Of a DNA stretch of 64,000 nt, positions 63,969 through 64,000 are shown piece after piece. Numbering within the stretch: the stretch's first letter is position 1; each line of letters starts with the position of its first letter. The translations under genes and the position numbers were made by a program. The stretch spans positions 6,957,943 to 7,021,942 of the forward strand of contig CAVNZM010000002.1 in NCBI GenBank assembly GCA_963693365.1, read 5' to 3'. A model generated the notes under the pieces. It was not told where the DNA came from and ran no database searches. It saw only the letters and a list, made by a program, of their open reading frames with translations. The DNA is from Amoebidium appalachense. Its lineage: Eukaryota; Protista; Ichthyosporea.

Positions 63969-64000
63969 GAGAAAGAAAAGAGAAAAAGAGAGAGCGAGGG

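Overview
Eukaryotic genomic DNA, opisthokont-like judging by the MO25 sequence and possibly a unicellular holozoan such as an ichthyosporean (inference). It is saturated with (CA/GT)n, (CT/AG)n and poly-C/poly-G tracts, so most ORF-track entries are low-complexity artefacts. Host genes that could be spliced by hand: a six-exon coiled-coil gene (minus, 80-3519), a complete 11-exon MO25/CAB39 gene (30006-39257) and, tail-to-tail with it, a GTF3C5/Tfc1 gene of about 16 exons (minus, 40552-54658) with several apparent lesions. Mobile DNA: an intron-containing, internally deleted THAP/P-superfamily transposon with perfect 29-bp TIRs and a 7-bp TSD (55007-58774), a truncated Copia gag-protease with a half-tRNA-type PBS, a DIRS RNaseH/MT fragment, several MITE classes, and a spliced OTU-CXC-SANT-Zn-ribbon gene that looks like a transposase tail. 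The most unusual signal is a set of about 15 short, 5'-truncated repeats. They share a fixed 3' end (…GTACTTCGTAC…GCATTCAAA in the two main families) that runs into poly-C rather than poly-A, sit in C-tracts, and carry a predicted pseudoknotted RNA structure with hammerhead-core-like words.
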